The translations under genes were made by a program, and so were the position numbers. DNA of 64,000 nt from an uncultured Methanosarcinales archaeon (lineage in GTDB: Archaea > Nanobdellota > Nanobdellia > Woesearchaeales > GW2011-AR15): the NCBI GenBank assembly GCA_964512765.1, contig CAZEKF010000009.1:30-64029 (forward strand), written 5' to 3'. The notes under the pieces are model-generated. The model saw only the letters and a program-made list of their open reading frames with translations. It did no database searches and was not told where the DNA came from. Below, in pieces: positions 36,250 through 46,073 of the stretch. Numbering within the stretch: position 1 is the first letter of the stretch; each line of letters begins with the position of its first letter.

Positions 36250-37140
36250 ATGGGGTGTGTACAAATTAAGAAACTTATTAGTATCAATGATATATCTAAA
36301 CAAGATATTATTTCTATATTAGACAATGCTTCTAATTCAAACAATGATCCAGTTTTAAAAGGTAAAATAATGGCTACGTTATTCTTTGAACCTAGCACTA
36401 GAACCAGAATGAGTTTTGAAAGTGCAATGCATAGGTTAGGCGGAGATGTTATTGGATTCACAAACCCAAAAGCAACATCGTTTGTAAAAGGAGAATCATT
36501 ATCTGATGCTGCAAAAATGATTGAAAATTATTGTGACATTATGGTTATTAGAAACCCTGAAGAAGGTTCAGTTAAATCAATGGCAGATGCAGTAAAAATT
36601 CCAGTTATAAACGCAGGAGACGGTAGTAACGAACATCCTAGCCAGGCATTGTTAGATTTATATTCTATTCAACAGTGCCAGGGAAAACTTGATGGTTTAA
36701 AAGTTGCATTGCTTGGTGATATTAAATATAGTAGATGTATACATTCATTAGCAAAAGCATTTAAACATTTTAACAGTGAATTGTTTTTTATTAGTCCAAA
36801 AGAACTTTCAATGCAAAAAGAAATTTTAACTGAATTGGATAAGTACCAAGAGCTTGAAAATGTAAGTGATATTATAAGTGAAATAGATATACTATATGTG
36901 ACAAGAGTTCAAAAAGAAAGGTTTTCTAATCCAGCAGATTATAAACGGTTAAAGGATTATTATGTCATAACACCTGAAATAATAAAAAATGCAAAAGATA
37001 ATATGAGAATCATAAGTCCATTACCGAGAACAGTTGAACTAACCCCTGAAGTAGATGATACTAAACATGCATATTATTTTCAGCAAGCATCGTTCGCGGT
37101 TAGTGTTAGAAAAGCATTGTTAAAGTTAATGCTAGGTTAA
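36250..37140 (+). CDS. pyrB: aspartate carbamoyltransferase catalytic subunit
   Basis: Carries FFEPSTRTRMSFE, HPSQALLD and SPLPR. Confidence 0.92.
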   Translation: MGCVQIKKLISINDISKQDIISILDNASNSNNDPVLKGKIMATLFFEPSTRTRMSFESAMHRLGGDVIGFTNPKATSFVKGESLSDAAKMIENYCDIMVIRNPEEGSVKSMADAVKIPVINAGDGSNEHPSQALLDLYSIQQCQGKLDGLKVALLGDIKYSRCIHSLAKAFKHFNSELFFISPKELSMQKEILTELDKYQELENVSDIISEIDILYVTRVQKERFSNPADYKRLKDYYVITPEIIKNAKDNMRIISPLPRTVELTPEVDDTKHAYYFQQASFAVSVRKALLKLMLG

Positions 37141-40100
37141 TACTCGTCCCAACTTTTTATTTTCAATTCAGGTTTCAAATACAATCCTTGGACAAATGTT
37201 CTAGCAAGTTGCATATTTTGTATAATAGGTATGGAGAAGTCAATAGCAGTTCTTCTTAGAACATATACATCGTCATGTTTGTATACTCTTCCAGGAGTTT
37301 CAATGGTTATCACTAAATCAATTTTTTTGTTTCTTAAATAATCAATCACATTCGGCTGTTTCTTTGTATGGATTTTATACAATGAGTTCATTCTGATTCC
37401 ATAATTAGAATAAAACCGTTTAGTGTTTGAAGTTGCGTACAAAACATATCCCATTTTTTTTAATAATTTAACAGATTCAAGCAATCTAAATCTGTTTTTA
37501 TCACCGCTAACACTAATCAAAACATTTTTTTTAGGTAGTTTGAACCCTGTTGAGATTAAACTTTTTAGCAAAGCTTCGTAGACATCATCCCCTAGACACG
37601 CAACCTCACCAGTTGAACCCATTTCAACGCCTAACTGAGGAAACGCACCACGTAATCTTGTAAATGAAAACTGCGGACTTTTAACACCAACATATTCAAG
37701 GTCTAATGCGCTTTTTTCAATCTTTTCAACCATTATACCAAGGATAGCTTTTGTTGCATGTTCAATAAAATTAGTGTTCATAACTTTTGACACAAACGGG
37801 AAACTACGCGACGCTCTTAGATTACATTCAATTACTTTTAACTTATTTTCATGCGCAATGAATTGGATGTTAAACGGTCCTGTTATTTCTAAAGCTTTAG
37901 CAAGTTTTTTTGCTTTTAATTTAACTTGTCTAATAGTTTCAATGTAAGTTTTTTGTGGAGGTAATACCATTGTTGCGTCTCCACTATGAACACCTGCATT
38001 TTCAACATGTTCAGATATTGCATGAAGAACTATGTTTCCTTTTTCAGCAACTGCATCAAACTCAATCTCTTTAGAATTTAATAAAAACTTTGATATGACA
38101 ACTGGGTGTTCTTTAGAGACGTTTGAAGCACGTTTTAAATAAAATTCTAACATACTAGGATCGTAAACAACTGTCATAGCAGCGCCGCTTAACACATATG
38201 AAGGTCTGATCAAAACTGGAAAACCGACATTGTCAGCAAATGTTTTACTTTCAGACATTGACGTTAACTCTTTCCATTCAGGTTGGTCAATGTTAAGATC
38301 ATCGCACAGTTTAGAAAATTTGTTTCTATCTTCAGCCTTGTCAATATTTTTTGGATGTGTTCCTAATACTTTGCACTTTGATTTGTATAGTTTTAATGCT
38401 AAACTGTTAGGAATCTGTCCGCCCATTGAAACAATGACACCTTTAGGTTTTTCAAGGTCATAAATGTCCATGACACGTTCATACGATAATTCGTCAAAGT
38501 ACAGTTTGTCAGCTTCATCATAATCAGTAGAAACAGTTTCAGGGTTATAATTAATAATTATTGTTTCATACCCACACTTTTTAGTTTGCATAACTGCATT
38601 AACAGAACACCAGTCAAATTCAACACTACTACCTATTCTGTACGTGCCAGAACCAAGTACAATAACAGATTCTTTTTTATTAAAATCAATGTCATGCTCA
38701 GATCCGTTATAGGTTAAGTACAAATAATTAGTTTTTGCAGGAAACTCAGCTGCCAAAGTATCAATTTGTTTAACTACGGGTAATATTTTATGCTTATTTC
38801 TTAATTTTCTTATTTCAAGTTCAGATTTATTGGTAACATCACCTATTCTTTTATCAGAAAAACCATATTTTTTAGCTTGTCTAAGCAAGTCTTTACTTAG
38901 TTCATTATCTTTCATTAATTTTTCAGTATCAACAATATTCTTGATTTTATACAAGAACCATTTGTCTATTCTTGTTAAGTCATAGATTTTGTCAATAGAA
39001 TAACCTTTGGTAAAAGCATTTGCAACTGCAAAAACACGTTTATCAGTAGGTTCTTTTAATTCATTAGGTAGGTTATTAAAATTATATCCATTACCAGTTA
39101 CACCTTGCTGGCCAATGTCTAACATTCTAACTGCTTTTTGTAACGCTTCTTCAAAGTTACGCGCAATTGACATTACTTCACCAACTGATTTCATTTCACT
39201 GCCTATCTTTGTACTGACACGCTTAAATTTCTGCAAGTCCCATCTTGGTATTTTAACAACAATATAATCAAGCGCAGGTTCAAAACATGCCTGAGTAACT
39301 TTAGTTATTCTATTTTTAATCTCTGGTAATGACTGGCCTAAAGACAATTTAGCAGCAACAAATGCTAACGGATACCCTGTAGCTTTTGACGCTAACGCAG
39401 AACTACGTGACAATCGAGCATTAACTTCAATAACTCTATAATCTTCAGAGTACGGGTCCAAAGCATACTGAATGTTACATTCTCCAATAATGCCTAAATG
39501 TCTTATAACGTCAATTGCAATCGTTCTTAATTTATGATACTCAGAATTTGTTAATGTTTGACTGGGAGCAACAACAATACTTTCACCAGTATGTATCCCC
39601 ATTGGATCAAAGTTTTCCATGTTACAGACAGTGATACAATTATCTTTAGAGTCACGAACAACTTCATACTCAACTTCTTTCCAGCCAAAAAGGTATTCCT
39701 CAACAAGGATTTGGTTCAATGATGAAAATGCTTTACTAGCCAAAACTCTTAGTTCATGTTTGTTTTTAACAACACCTGATCCTTTACCGCCTAATGAAAA
39801 TGCAGACCGTACCATGACAGGATAGCCTATTTCGTCAGCAGCTTTTAACGCGTCTTTTATAGAAGTTACAGCTTTACTTTTTGGAGTTTTCACATTTATT
39901 TTATTCAATTCTTTAATAAACAAATCACGGTCTTCAGTGTTAATTATTGTCTGGACAGGAGTTCCCAAAACTTGTACATTATATTTTTTCAAGATACCTT
40001 TATTGTGAAGTTCAACACCGCAGTTCAACGCAGTCTGACCACCAAAACTTAACAAAATACCGTCAGGTTTTTCTTTTTTAATAACCTGTTCAACAAAGTA

Positions 40101-40331
40101 TGGTGTCACAGGTAAAAAATATACTTTATCAGCTAAATGTTCACTAGTCTGGATAGTTGCAATGTTAGGGTTCATCAAGATAGTTTTTACATTTTCTTGT
40201 TTTAATGCTTTAATACATTGGCTACCTGAGTAATCAAACTCACCGGCCTGGCCAATTCTAAGAGCACCGCTTCCTAATATTATAACTTTCTTAACTTTTT
40301 TCATTTTTCTTAATTTCATTCCAAACATCAA
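37137..40331 (-). CDS. carB: carbamoyl-phosphate synthase large subunit (start probably Met10, 40304)
   Basis: Two ATP-grasp halves and an MGS-like C-terminus. Carries IILGSGALRIGQAGEFDYSG and VLGSGTYRIGSSVEFDWC. Confidence 0.95.
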   Translation of the reverse strand: MMFGMKLRKMKKVKKVIILGSGALRIGQAGEFDYSGSQCIKALKQENVKTILMNPNIATIQTSEHLADKVYFLPVTPYFVEQVIKKEKPDGILLSFGGQTALNCGVELHNKGILKKYNVQVLGTPVQTIINTEDRDLFIKELNKINVKTPKSKAVTSIKDALKAADEIGYPVMVRSAFSLGGKGSGVVKNKHELRVLASKAFSSLNQILVEEYLFGWKEVEYEVVRDSKDNCITVCNMENFDPMGIHTGESIVVAPSQTLTNSEYHKLRTIAIDVIRHLGIIGECNIQYALDPYSEDYRVIEVNARLSRSSALASKATGYPLAFVAAKLSLGQSLPEIKNRITKVTQACFEPALDYIVVKIPRWDLQKFKRVSTKIGSEMKSVGEVMSIARNFEEALQKAVRMLDIGQQGVTGNGYNFNNLPNELKEPTDKRVFAVANAFTKGYSIDKIYDLTRIDKWFLYKIKNIVDTEKLMKDNELSKDLLRQAKKYGFSDKRIGDVTNKSELEIRKLRNKHKILPVVKQIDTLAAEFPAKTNYLYLTYNGSEHDIDFNKKESVIVLGSGTYRIGSSVEFDWCSVNAVMQTKKCGYETIIINYNPETVSTDYDEADKLYFDELSYERVMDIYDLEKPKGVIVSMGGQIPNSLALKLYKSKCKVLGTHPKNIDKAEDRNKFSKLCDDLNIDQPEWKELTSMSESKTFADNVGFPVLIRPSYVLSGAAMTVVYDPSMLEFYLKRASNVSKEHPVVISKFLLNSKEIEFDAVAEKGNIVLHAISEHVENAGVHSGDATMVLPPQKTYIETIRQVKLKAKKLAKALEITGPFNIQFIAHENKLKVIECNLRASRSFPFVSKVMNTNFIEHATKAILGIMVEKIEKSALDLEYVGVKSPQFSFTRLRGAFPQLGVEMGSTGEVACLGDDVYEALLKSLISTGFKLPKKNVLISVSGDKNRFRLLESVKLLKKMGYVLYATSNTKRFYSNYGIRMNSLYKIHTKKQPNVIDYLRNKKIDLVITIETPGRVYKHDDVYVLRRTAIDFSIPIIQNMQLARTFVQGLYLKPELKIKSWDEY

Positions 40332-40656
40332 CAGCTTCTTGTTTTGAACTTACTTTCATATCACTAAACACCCATGGTTTCCTGTTTGTGAACTTTTTGT
40401 TTGTATTATCAATTAGTTCTTTTACATTAACACCTTTTTCTTCAATTAATATGAGCAGGAACAATGAATCCATGAAAATATCAGCAATTTCTTTGTGTAG
40501 GTCATTATATTTTTCATTTTTAAGGTCATGCCTTGCTTCATCAACTTCGCTTTGAACCTGGTCAAGACCGTCTTCAATGGATTGATCACTTGACCATGGA
40601 CAGTCATTACGCGATTTTTTTAAGTCGTTGTAAAAGTTAAGTATGCTTTTTTCCAT
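40291..40656 (-). CDS. MazG-like nucleoside triphosphate pyrophosphohydrolase
   Basis: CPWSSDQSIEDGLDQVQSEVDEARHDL...EIADIFMD shows an EExxE/D-type helix pattern. Length is 121 aa. Confidence 0.7.
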   Translation of the reverse strand: MEKSILNFYNDLKKSRNDCPWSSDQSIEDGLDQVQSEVDEARHDLKNEKYNDLHKEIADIFMDSLFLLILIEEKGVNVKELIDNTNKKFTNRKPWVFSDMKVSSKQEAVDVWNEIKKNEKS

Positions 40657-41792
40657 TATTTATTCACTTTTTTAACTAAATCAATAAACTCGTCAAACAA
40701 AAACGTCGTATCAACTGGACCAGGCGTTGCTTCTGGATGAAACTGTACAGTTCTGAACAATCCTGATTTATGTATTATTCCTTCGTTAGTGTTATCATTA
40801 GCATTTACAAACCATTCTTTCCAATCTTTTGGCAATGATTTAGTGTCAACTGCAAAACCGTGATTTTGGCTGGTAATGTAACATCTACCTGTAGTTTTAT
40901 CAATACACGGTTGATTTTGAGACCTGTGACCAAATTTAAGCTTGTACGTGTCACCGCCAGCTGCCAGTGCTACAAGCTGGTTACCGTAACATATGCCAAA
41001 TATTGGTTTTTTCATGCCAATAACTTTCTTGATGTTAGCAATTGTTATTTTACATTGTTTAGGGTCACCAGGACCGTTTGAAACCATTAGCCCATCAAAA
41101 TCTTCTTTTAGAAAATCATAGTCCCATGGTACTTTGATAACAGTTGTGTCTCTTTTAATTAATTCATTTACAATATTATTTTTTGCACCTGTGTCAATTA
41201 AAACTATTTTATGTTTACCATTACCATACACAATTTTTTCTTTAACAGAAACTTCGCCTGCTAAATTTCTCAAATTAGGATCAATTAATTCAAGATCTTT
41301 ATCAATTACTATTTTACCGAGCATGACACCTTTTTCTCGTAATTTTTTAGTTAATGCTCTTGTGTCTATCCCATATATTGCAGGAACATGATGTTCCTTT
41401 AACCATTCAGAAAGTGATTTAACAGCTGACCAATGGCTATGATTAAAAGAATATTCCTGAACAATTAAACCCATAATTTGAATTTTATCAGATTCAAAGT
41501 TAGTTGATACTCCATGTTTATTTTTAACATCTTTAGGAACACCGTAGTTGCCTATTAATGGATAAGTTAATGATAATATCTGGCCATGATAAGAAGGATC
41601 TGTCAATGATTCAGGATATCCAGTCATACCAGTGTTAAAAACTACTTCACCAGCTACTGATTTGTCATAACCAAATGAATGTCCATAAAATACAGAACCG
41701 TCTTCTAGAACAAGTTTAGCATTTTCCCCCATACTAAAATAATATGAAGTTTTTTTGTGTTTATAAAGTTTACTGGATGACATTTTTAACAC
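40656..41792 (-). CDS. carA: carbamoyl-phosphate synthase small (glutaminase) subunit (start probably Met21)
   Basis: Carries GYPESLTDPSY, the Cys nucleophile in GICYGNQ, and HPE. Confidence 0.93.
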   Translation of the reverse strand: MLKMSSSKLYKHKKTSYYFSMGENAKLVLEDGSVFYGHSFGYDKSVAGEVVFNTGMTGYPESLTDPSYHGQILSLTYPLIGNYGVPKDVKNKHGVSTNFESDKIQIMGLIVQEYSFNHSHWSAVKSLSEWLKEHHVPAIYGIDTRALTKKLREKGVMLGKIVIDKDLELIDPNLRNLAGEVSVKEKIVYGNGKHKIVLIDTGAKNNIVNELIKRDTTVIKVPWDYDFLKEDFDGLMVSNGPGDPKQCKITIANIKKVIGMKKPIFGICYGNQLVALAAGGDTYKLKFGHRSQNQPCIDKTTGRCYITSQNHGFAVDTKSLPKDWKEWFVNANDNTNEGIIHKSGLFRTVQFHPEATPGPVDTTFLFDEFIDLVKKVNK

Positions 41793-41802
41793 TTTCCAAG
41801 AA

Positions 41803-43143
41803 TTATCTTAATAACCTGTTGATTTTATTTTTATTAGATTGTTTATTGTTAGCAATATAATTATTAATTTCTTTTAATTCAAGTTCAATATTTTCCAATC
41901 CAAGACTGTTTAATCCGCCAACATGGTTTCTTTTTTTGATTGCTTTGCCCAAATCAGGTATTTTTATTTTATTAAGTTCTTTAGCGGTTTTTTTGTAAGC
42001 ATCTCTGAAAGAGAGTCCATTTTCTACTAAGTCACATGCATGGTCTACAGCAAATATTTCTTTTGAACAAGCTGATTTACAGTTATCAGTATTAACTGTT
42101 AATGTGGTTAGATATTCGTTTAGTGCTGTCAAAGATTTTTTAGTTAATTCAAAACTTTGAAGCGTGTATCTTTTAACTATCTTAGTTTCTTTGTTATATC
42201 CTGATGGTAAGTCTTTAATTGCGTTCTTAATTATTGATTCAAATCCTATTACTGCACTTGCATATCCTTTAACAGTTTCAGGAATATCAGGATTAATTTT
42301 TTGCGGCATTATTGAAGAACCTGTTGATGATTTACTATTAGGAATTAAATATCCAAACTCTTTTGTTGAAAATAAAATTATATCAGCTGATAGTTTACTT
42401 AATGTTAACATTATTTGGCTAAGTCCAGATACAATAACAGATTCAATTTTACCGCGAGAGTTCTGACAATATAGTACATTATTTTGTACTTTACTAAATC
42501 CAAGTAACTCAGCAACATATTCTCTGTCAATTTTCTTAGGCACGCCATAACTTGCAGCGCTTCCTAACGGACATTGATCATTTAATTGATAAGCCAGTTT
42601 CAATGATTTTAAATCATCAATTAATGATTCAGCAAATGCACCCATCCATAGTCCAACAGAAGATAACATTGCTTTTTGTCTATGAGTATAACCCGGCATT
42701 GAAACAAATTCATATTTTTTTGCAAACTTAATCATTGTTTTTGTTAGTTTTATAACTGCTTCAATTATTTCAACAAGTAGTTCTTTGTGCATTAATCTTG
42801 CATTAACAAGTAACTGGTCATTTCTTGATCTATAGGTATGAATCTTCTTTCCAGAGTTTTCATCTTTGTTTACTAAATAATTTTCAACTTTTGTATGTAC
42901 ATCTTCATCTTTTGCTGTTAATACAAATTTATTGTTTTCATTAAGCACAATAATTTCTTTTAATCCTTTAATTAGATTATTTAATTCGTGCTCTGACAAA
43001 ATTCCAATTTTATGAAGCATCTTAGCATGTACAGCACTAGCTATACATTCATATTTAACCTGTGCTTGATCTGCCATTAAATCAAATCCTAGAAAATTCT
43101 CTACTTTTTTATCAACATCACTACCTTTATCCCACAACTTCAT
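41803..43143 (-). CDS. argH: argininosuccinate lyase
   Basis: Fumarate-lyase signature GSSIMPQKINPD, with ArgH-like length and N-terminus. Confidence 0.9.
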   Translation of the reverse strand: MKLWDKGSDVDKKVENFLGFDLMADQAQVKYECIASAVHAKMLHKIGILSEHELNNLIKGLKEIIVLNENNKFVLTAKDEDVHTKVENYLVNKDENSGKKIHTYRSRNDQLLVNARLMHKELLVEIIEAVIKLTKTMIKFAKKYEFVSMPGYTHRQKAMLSSVGLWMGAFAESLIDDLKSLKLAYQLNDQCPLGSAASYGVPKKIDREYVAELLGFSKVQNNVLYCQNSRGKIESVIVSGLSQIMLTLSKLSADIILFSTKEFGYLIPNSKSSTGSSIMPQKINPDIPETVKGYASAVIGFESIIKNAIKDLPSGYNKETKIVKRYTLQSFELTKKSLTALNEYLTTLTVNTDNCKSACSKEIFAVDHACDLVENGLSFRDAYKKTAKELNKIKIPDLGKAIKKRNHVGGLNSLGLENIELELKEINNYIANNKQSNKNKINRLLR

Positions 43144-44228
43144 TTATGATCACCGATTATATTTTCATAGATGTTTGAAAACTTCACAATTTCTTTTATT
43201 TCAATAAATTCATCATCAATGTGAGAATTTTTTGAAAAGCCAGGACCAAAGATAATTACTTTTCCAATCTCTTTGTATAAACTAGCTTCTGTCCATGATT
43301 TTTTAATTGATATTTTTATTTTATCTCCTATTACTTTGCAGTATGAGTCTTTTGCTAAATTTACAAGACCATGATTCTTATCAATAATATATGGTCCTTC
43401 ACTTTCAATCACTTTTACATCTGCACCATCACACATGGTATTAATCTTTTTAATTTCATTATCCATGTTAACGTGTGCAGCTAAACGTAATGATATACTA
43501 AATGTACATTTATCAGGAAGAATGTTTGTTTTTGTCCCACCACTAATCATTCCAACAGAAAAAAACCCTTTATTATCTAACTCATTTTTCAGATACTCAT
43601 ATAGTTTTAATATGATTTTATTTGCTTTGTAAATTGCATTATGTTTATTATTTGTACTGTAATCTGCATACTGTGTGTGAAGCGATTTACCTAGGCAAGT
43701 TACTTGAATTTCAGTAAATGATAGTTGTTCATTAACAACAAAGTTATCTGAAGGTTCACATATGATTACATTACAATTCTTTAATTTGGTATTTTCAATA
43801 AAATATTTGCTTCCAATTGAACTAGATTCTTCATCTGCTGAAAAAATAAAATATATATCTTGATTTGGAACTTCTGTTATATTGTTTATTGTTATGATCA
43901 TGCTTGTTAGTGCACCTTTCATATCATTACTTCCTAATCCATATATTTTATTTTGAATTTGTTTAGGATCAAAAGGAGATGTAATGTTCCAGTTAGATGA
44001 TACAGGTACAGTATCTGTATGTCCAACAAATAACAAAGGATTTTCTGAAGATTTTCCTTTTATTTTTACAATTAAATTAAGTTGGTCGGTGCCTGGAATT
44101 TTTTGAACAATTATTTCTGCTAATGAATTCTTAATTACATTTTTAATATACTCAATAATTTCCTTATTTGACTTACCAGTACTTGTATCCATTTTTACTA
44201 AGTTTGTTAATATTTCAACAGCTTTCAT
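43140..44228 (-). CDS. argE: M20-family deacylase (acetylornithine deacetylase ArgE/LysK-like)
   Basis: Carries FVGHTDTVP and GLGSNDMKG (M20 metal ligands). Sits in an arg operon context. Confidence 0.8.
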   Translation of the reverse strand: MKAVEILTNLVKMDTSTGKSNKEIIEYIKNVIKNSLAEIIVQKIPGTDQLNLIVKIKGKSSENPLLFVGHTDTVPVSSNWNITSPFDPKQIQNKIYGLGSNDMKGALTSMIITINNITEVPNQDIYFIFSADEESSSIGSKYFIENTKLKNCNVIICEPSDNFVVNEQLSFTEIQVTCLGKSLHTQYADYSTNNKHNAIYKANKIILKLYEYLKNELDNKGFFSVGMISGGTKTNILPDKCTFSISLRLAAHVNMDNEIKKINTMCDGADVKVIESEGPYIIDKNHGLVNLAKDSYCKVIGDKIKISIKKSWTEASLYKEIGKVIIFGPGFSKNSHIDDEFIEIKEIVKFSNIYENIIGDHK

Positions 44229-45082
44229 TTTACAACCATCGTTCCAATACCATTTTCAGTGAATATCTCAGCTAGTATTGTATCATTTTTTAGGCCATTT
44301 AACATATGAACATTAATTTTGTTCAATGCAACTTCTTTACAAGTTTTTAGTTTAGGTATCATTCCTTTTTTAGCAACATTTTTTTTAATCAGATCATCAA
44401 TTTCTGACACATTTAAACTGGAAATCAATTCATCATTATTATATACACCGTCAACACTTGTCATTAAAACCAGTTTCTCAGTATCTAAAGAGATTGCTAA
44501 ATCTTTAGCAACAAAATCAGCATTAATATTGTATATGTTTCCTTTTTCATCAGCACCCAAACATGCAATAACAGGAATGAAATTATATTTAACCAACTGG
44601 TTAATAAGATCAATGTTAATCTCTTTAACATCACCGACATGACCCAGTTCAATTTTTTCTAAATTCCCGTTTTCATAATTAATTGTGTTTTTAGTAGGTC
44701 TTTTTTGAGCTTTTAACAATAACCCGTCTGCGCCGTTCAATCCGATTGATTTAACCTTGTGTTTGTTTAATTTAGCCACTATTTCCATGTTAATCTGCGA
44801 ATAGATTTTTTTAACAAGATCAAGAGTTGTATCATCAGTTATTCTACTACCGTTTACTTTTTTCTGTTTAACACCAATTTTGTTAGCAAATTCTTCTAAC
44901 TGAGTACTACCTCCATGGACTATTATAATCTTAATCCCAATTTTTTTAAAATAACTTATTTGCTCACAAAAATTGTCAAGATTATCTTTAACTACTTTAC
45001 CACCTAGTTTAACTACAAAACATTTGTCATTAAACTGGATTGCATAGTCTAGTACATCTTTTATTTTTTTAATTCTGATCAC
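44225..45082 (-). CDS. argB: acetylglutamate kinase (amino-acid kinase family)
   Basis: Carries VVKLGGKV, IVHGGSTQ and NINAD. Confidence 0.85.
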   Translation of the reverse strand: MIRIKKIKDVLDYAIQFNDKCFVVKLGGKVVKDNLDNFCEQISYFKKIGIKIIIVHGGSTQLEEFANKIGVKQKKVNGSRITDDTTLDLVKKIYSQINMEIVAKLNKHKVKSIGLNGADGLLLKAQKRPTKNTINYENGNLEKIELGHVGDVKEINIDLINQLVKYNFIPVIACLGADEKGNIYNINADFVAKDLAISLDTEKLVLMTSVDGVYNNDELISSLNVSEIDDLIKKNVAKKGMIPKLKTCKEVALNKINVHMLNGLKNDTILAEIFTENGIGTMVVK

Positions 45083-46073
45083 CTAACAGTTTTATTAGCA
45101 ATGCATTTTGAGCATGTAATCTGTTTTCTGCTTGACCATACACAATTGAATTACTTGAATCAATAACATCATCTGTTACAACAACATTTCTTCTGACAGG
45201 TAAACAATGCATGAACTTTGCATTATTCGTTAAAGACATTTTTTTAGAATCAACTGTCCAATTTTTCAATGAAATTCTTAACTCATTTTCTTTATCCCCT
45301 TCACCATAATAATCTTTAGAACCCCAGCTTTTTGCATAGATTACATCAGCGTCTTTGTATCCATGTTCAAGATTGTCTGTTATTAAAAATTCAGAATCAT
45401 TTTCTTTACAGTTCTGAATTGATTTATCAATTATTTCTGAGTCTAAGATATATTTCTTAGGACTTAATAATGTAACATCCATACCAATTTTACTTGCAGC
45501 TAATAATGCAGAATTAGGAACAGCCATTGGCAATGCTTTAGGATGCGGTGCCCATGTTAGCACAAACTTTTTACCTTTAACAGACTCAAACTTTTCTTTT
45601 ATTGTCATAATATCTGCTAATGCCTGACAAGGATGATACAAGCATGACTCCATACTAATTATTGGTTTATCTGAATATTTGACAAACGCGTTTATTATCT
45701 TGTCTTGTTTATCTTCTTGCAAGTTTTCTAATTTAGAAAAAGATCTAATAGCAATTGCATCTACATATTTGCATAGTACTTTTACAGCATCTTTAATATG
45801 TTCGGGTTTGTCAGCATCCATAACAACATTTTCATCAAATTCAAGATTCCACATACCTTTACCAGGATCTAATACTAGAACATGACCACCAAGTTCTTGA
45901 ATACCAAGTTCAAATGAAGCGCGTGTTCTTAGAGATGGGTTTAAAAAAATCAATGCAATTTTTTTTCCAATTAATTTCTTTGGAAATCCTTGATTCTTTC
46001 CTTTTATAGCTGAATCTATTAAATTCACAATTTCTTCTTTGCTATGGTCTTGTATTGTTATGAAATGTTTCAA
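45069..46073 (-). CDS. argF': transcarbamylase of the N-acyl-ornithine (ArgF') type
   Basis: Carries FLNPSLRTRASFE, HPCQALAD and HCLPVRRN. The canonical OTCase DxxxSMG loop is replaced by YAKSWGSKDYYG. Confidence 0.75.
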   Translation of the reverse strand: MKHFITIQDHSKEEIVNLIDSAIKGKNQGFPKKLIGKKIALIFLNPSLRTRASFELGIQELGGHVLVLDPGKGMWNLEFDENVVMDADKPEHIKDAVKVLCKYVDAIAIRSFSKLENLQEDKQDKIINAFVKYSDKPIISMESCLYHPCQALADIMTIKEKFESVKGKKFVLTWAPHPKALPMAVPNSALLAASKIGMDVTLLSPKKYILDSEIIDKSIQNCKENDSEFLITDNLEHGYKDADVIYAKSWGSKDYYGEGDKENELRISLKNWTVDSKKMSLTNNAKFMHCLPVRRNVVVTDDVIDSSNSIVYGQAENRLHAQNALLIKLLGDQN

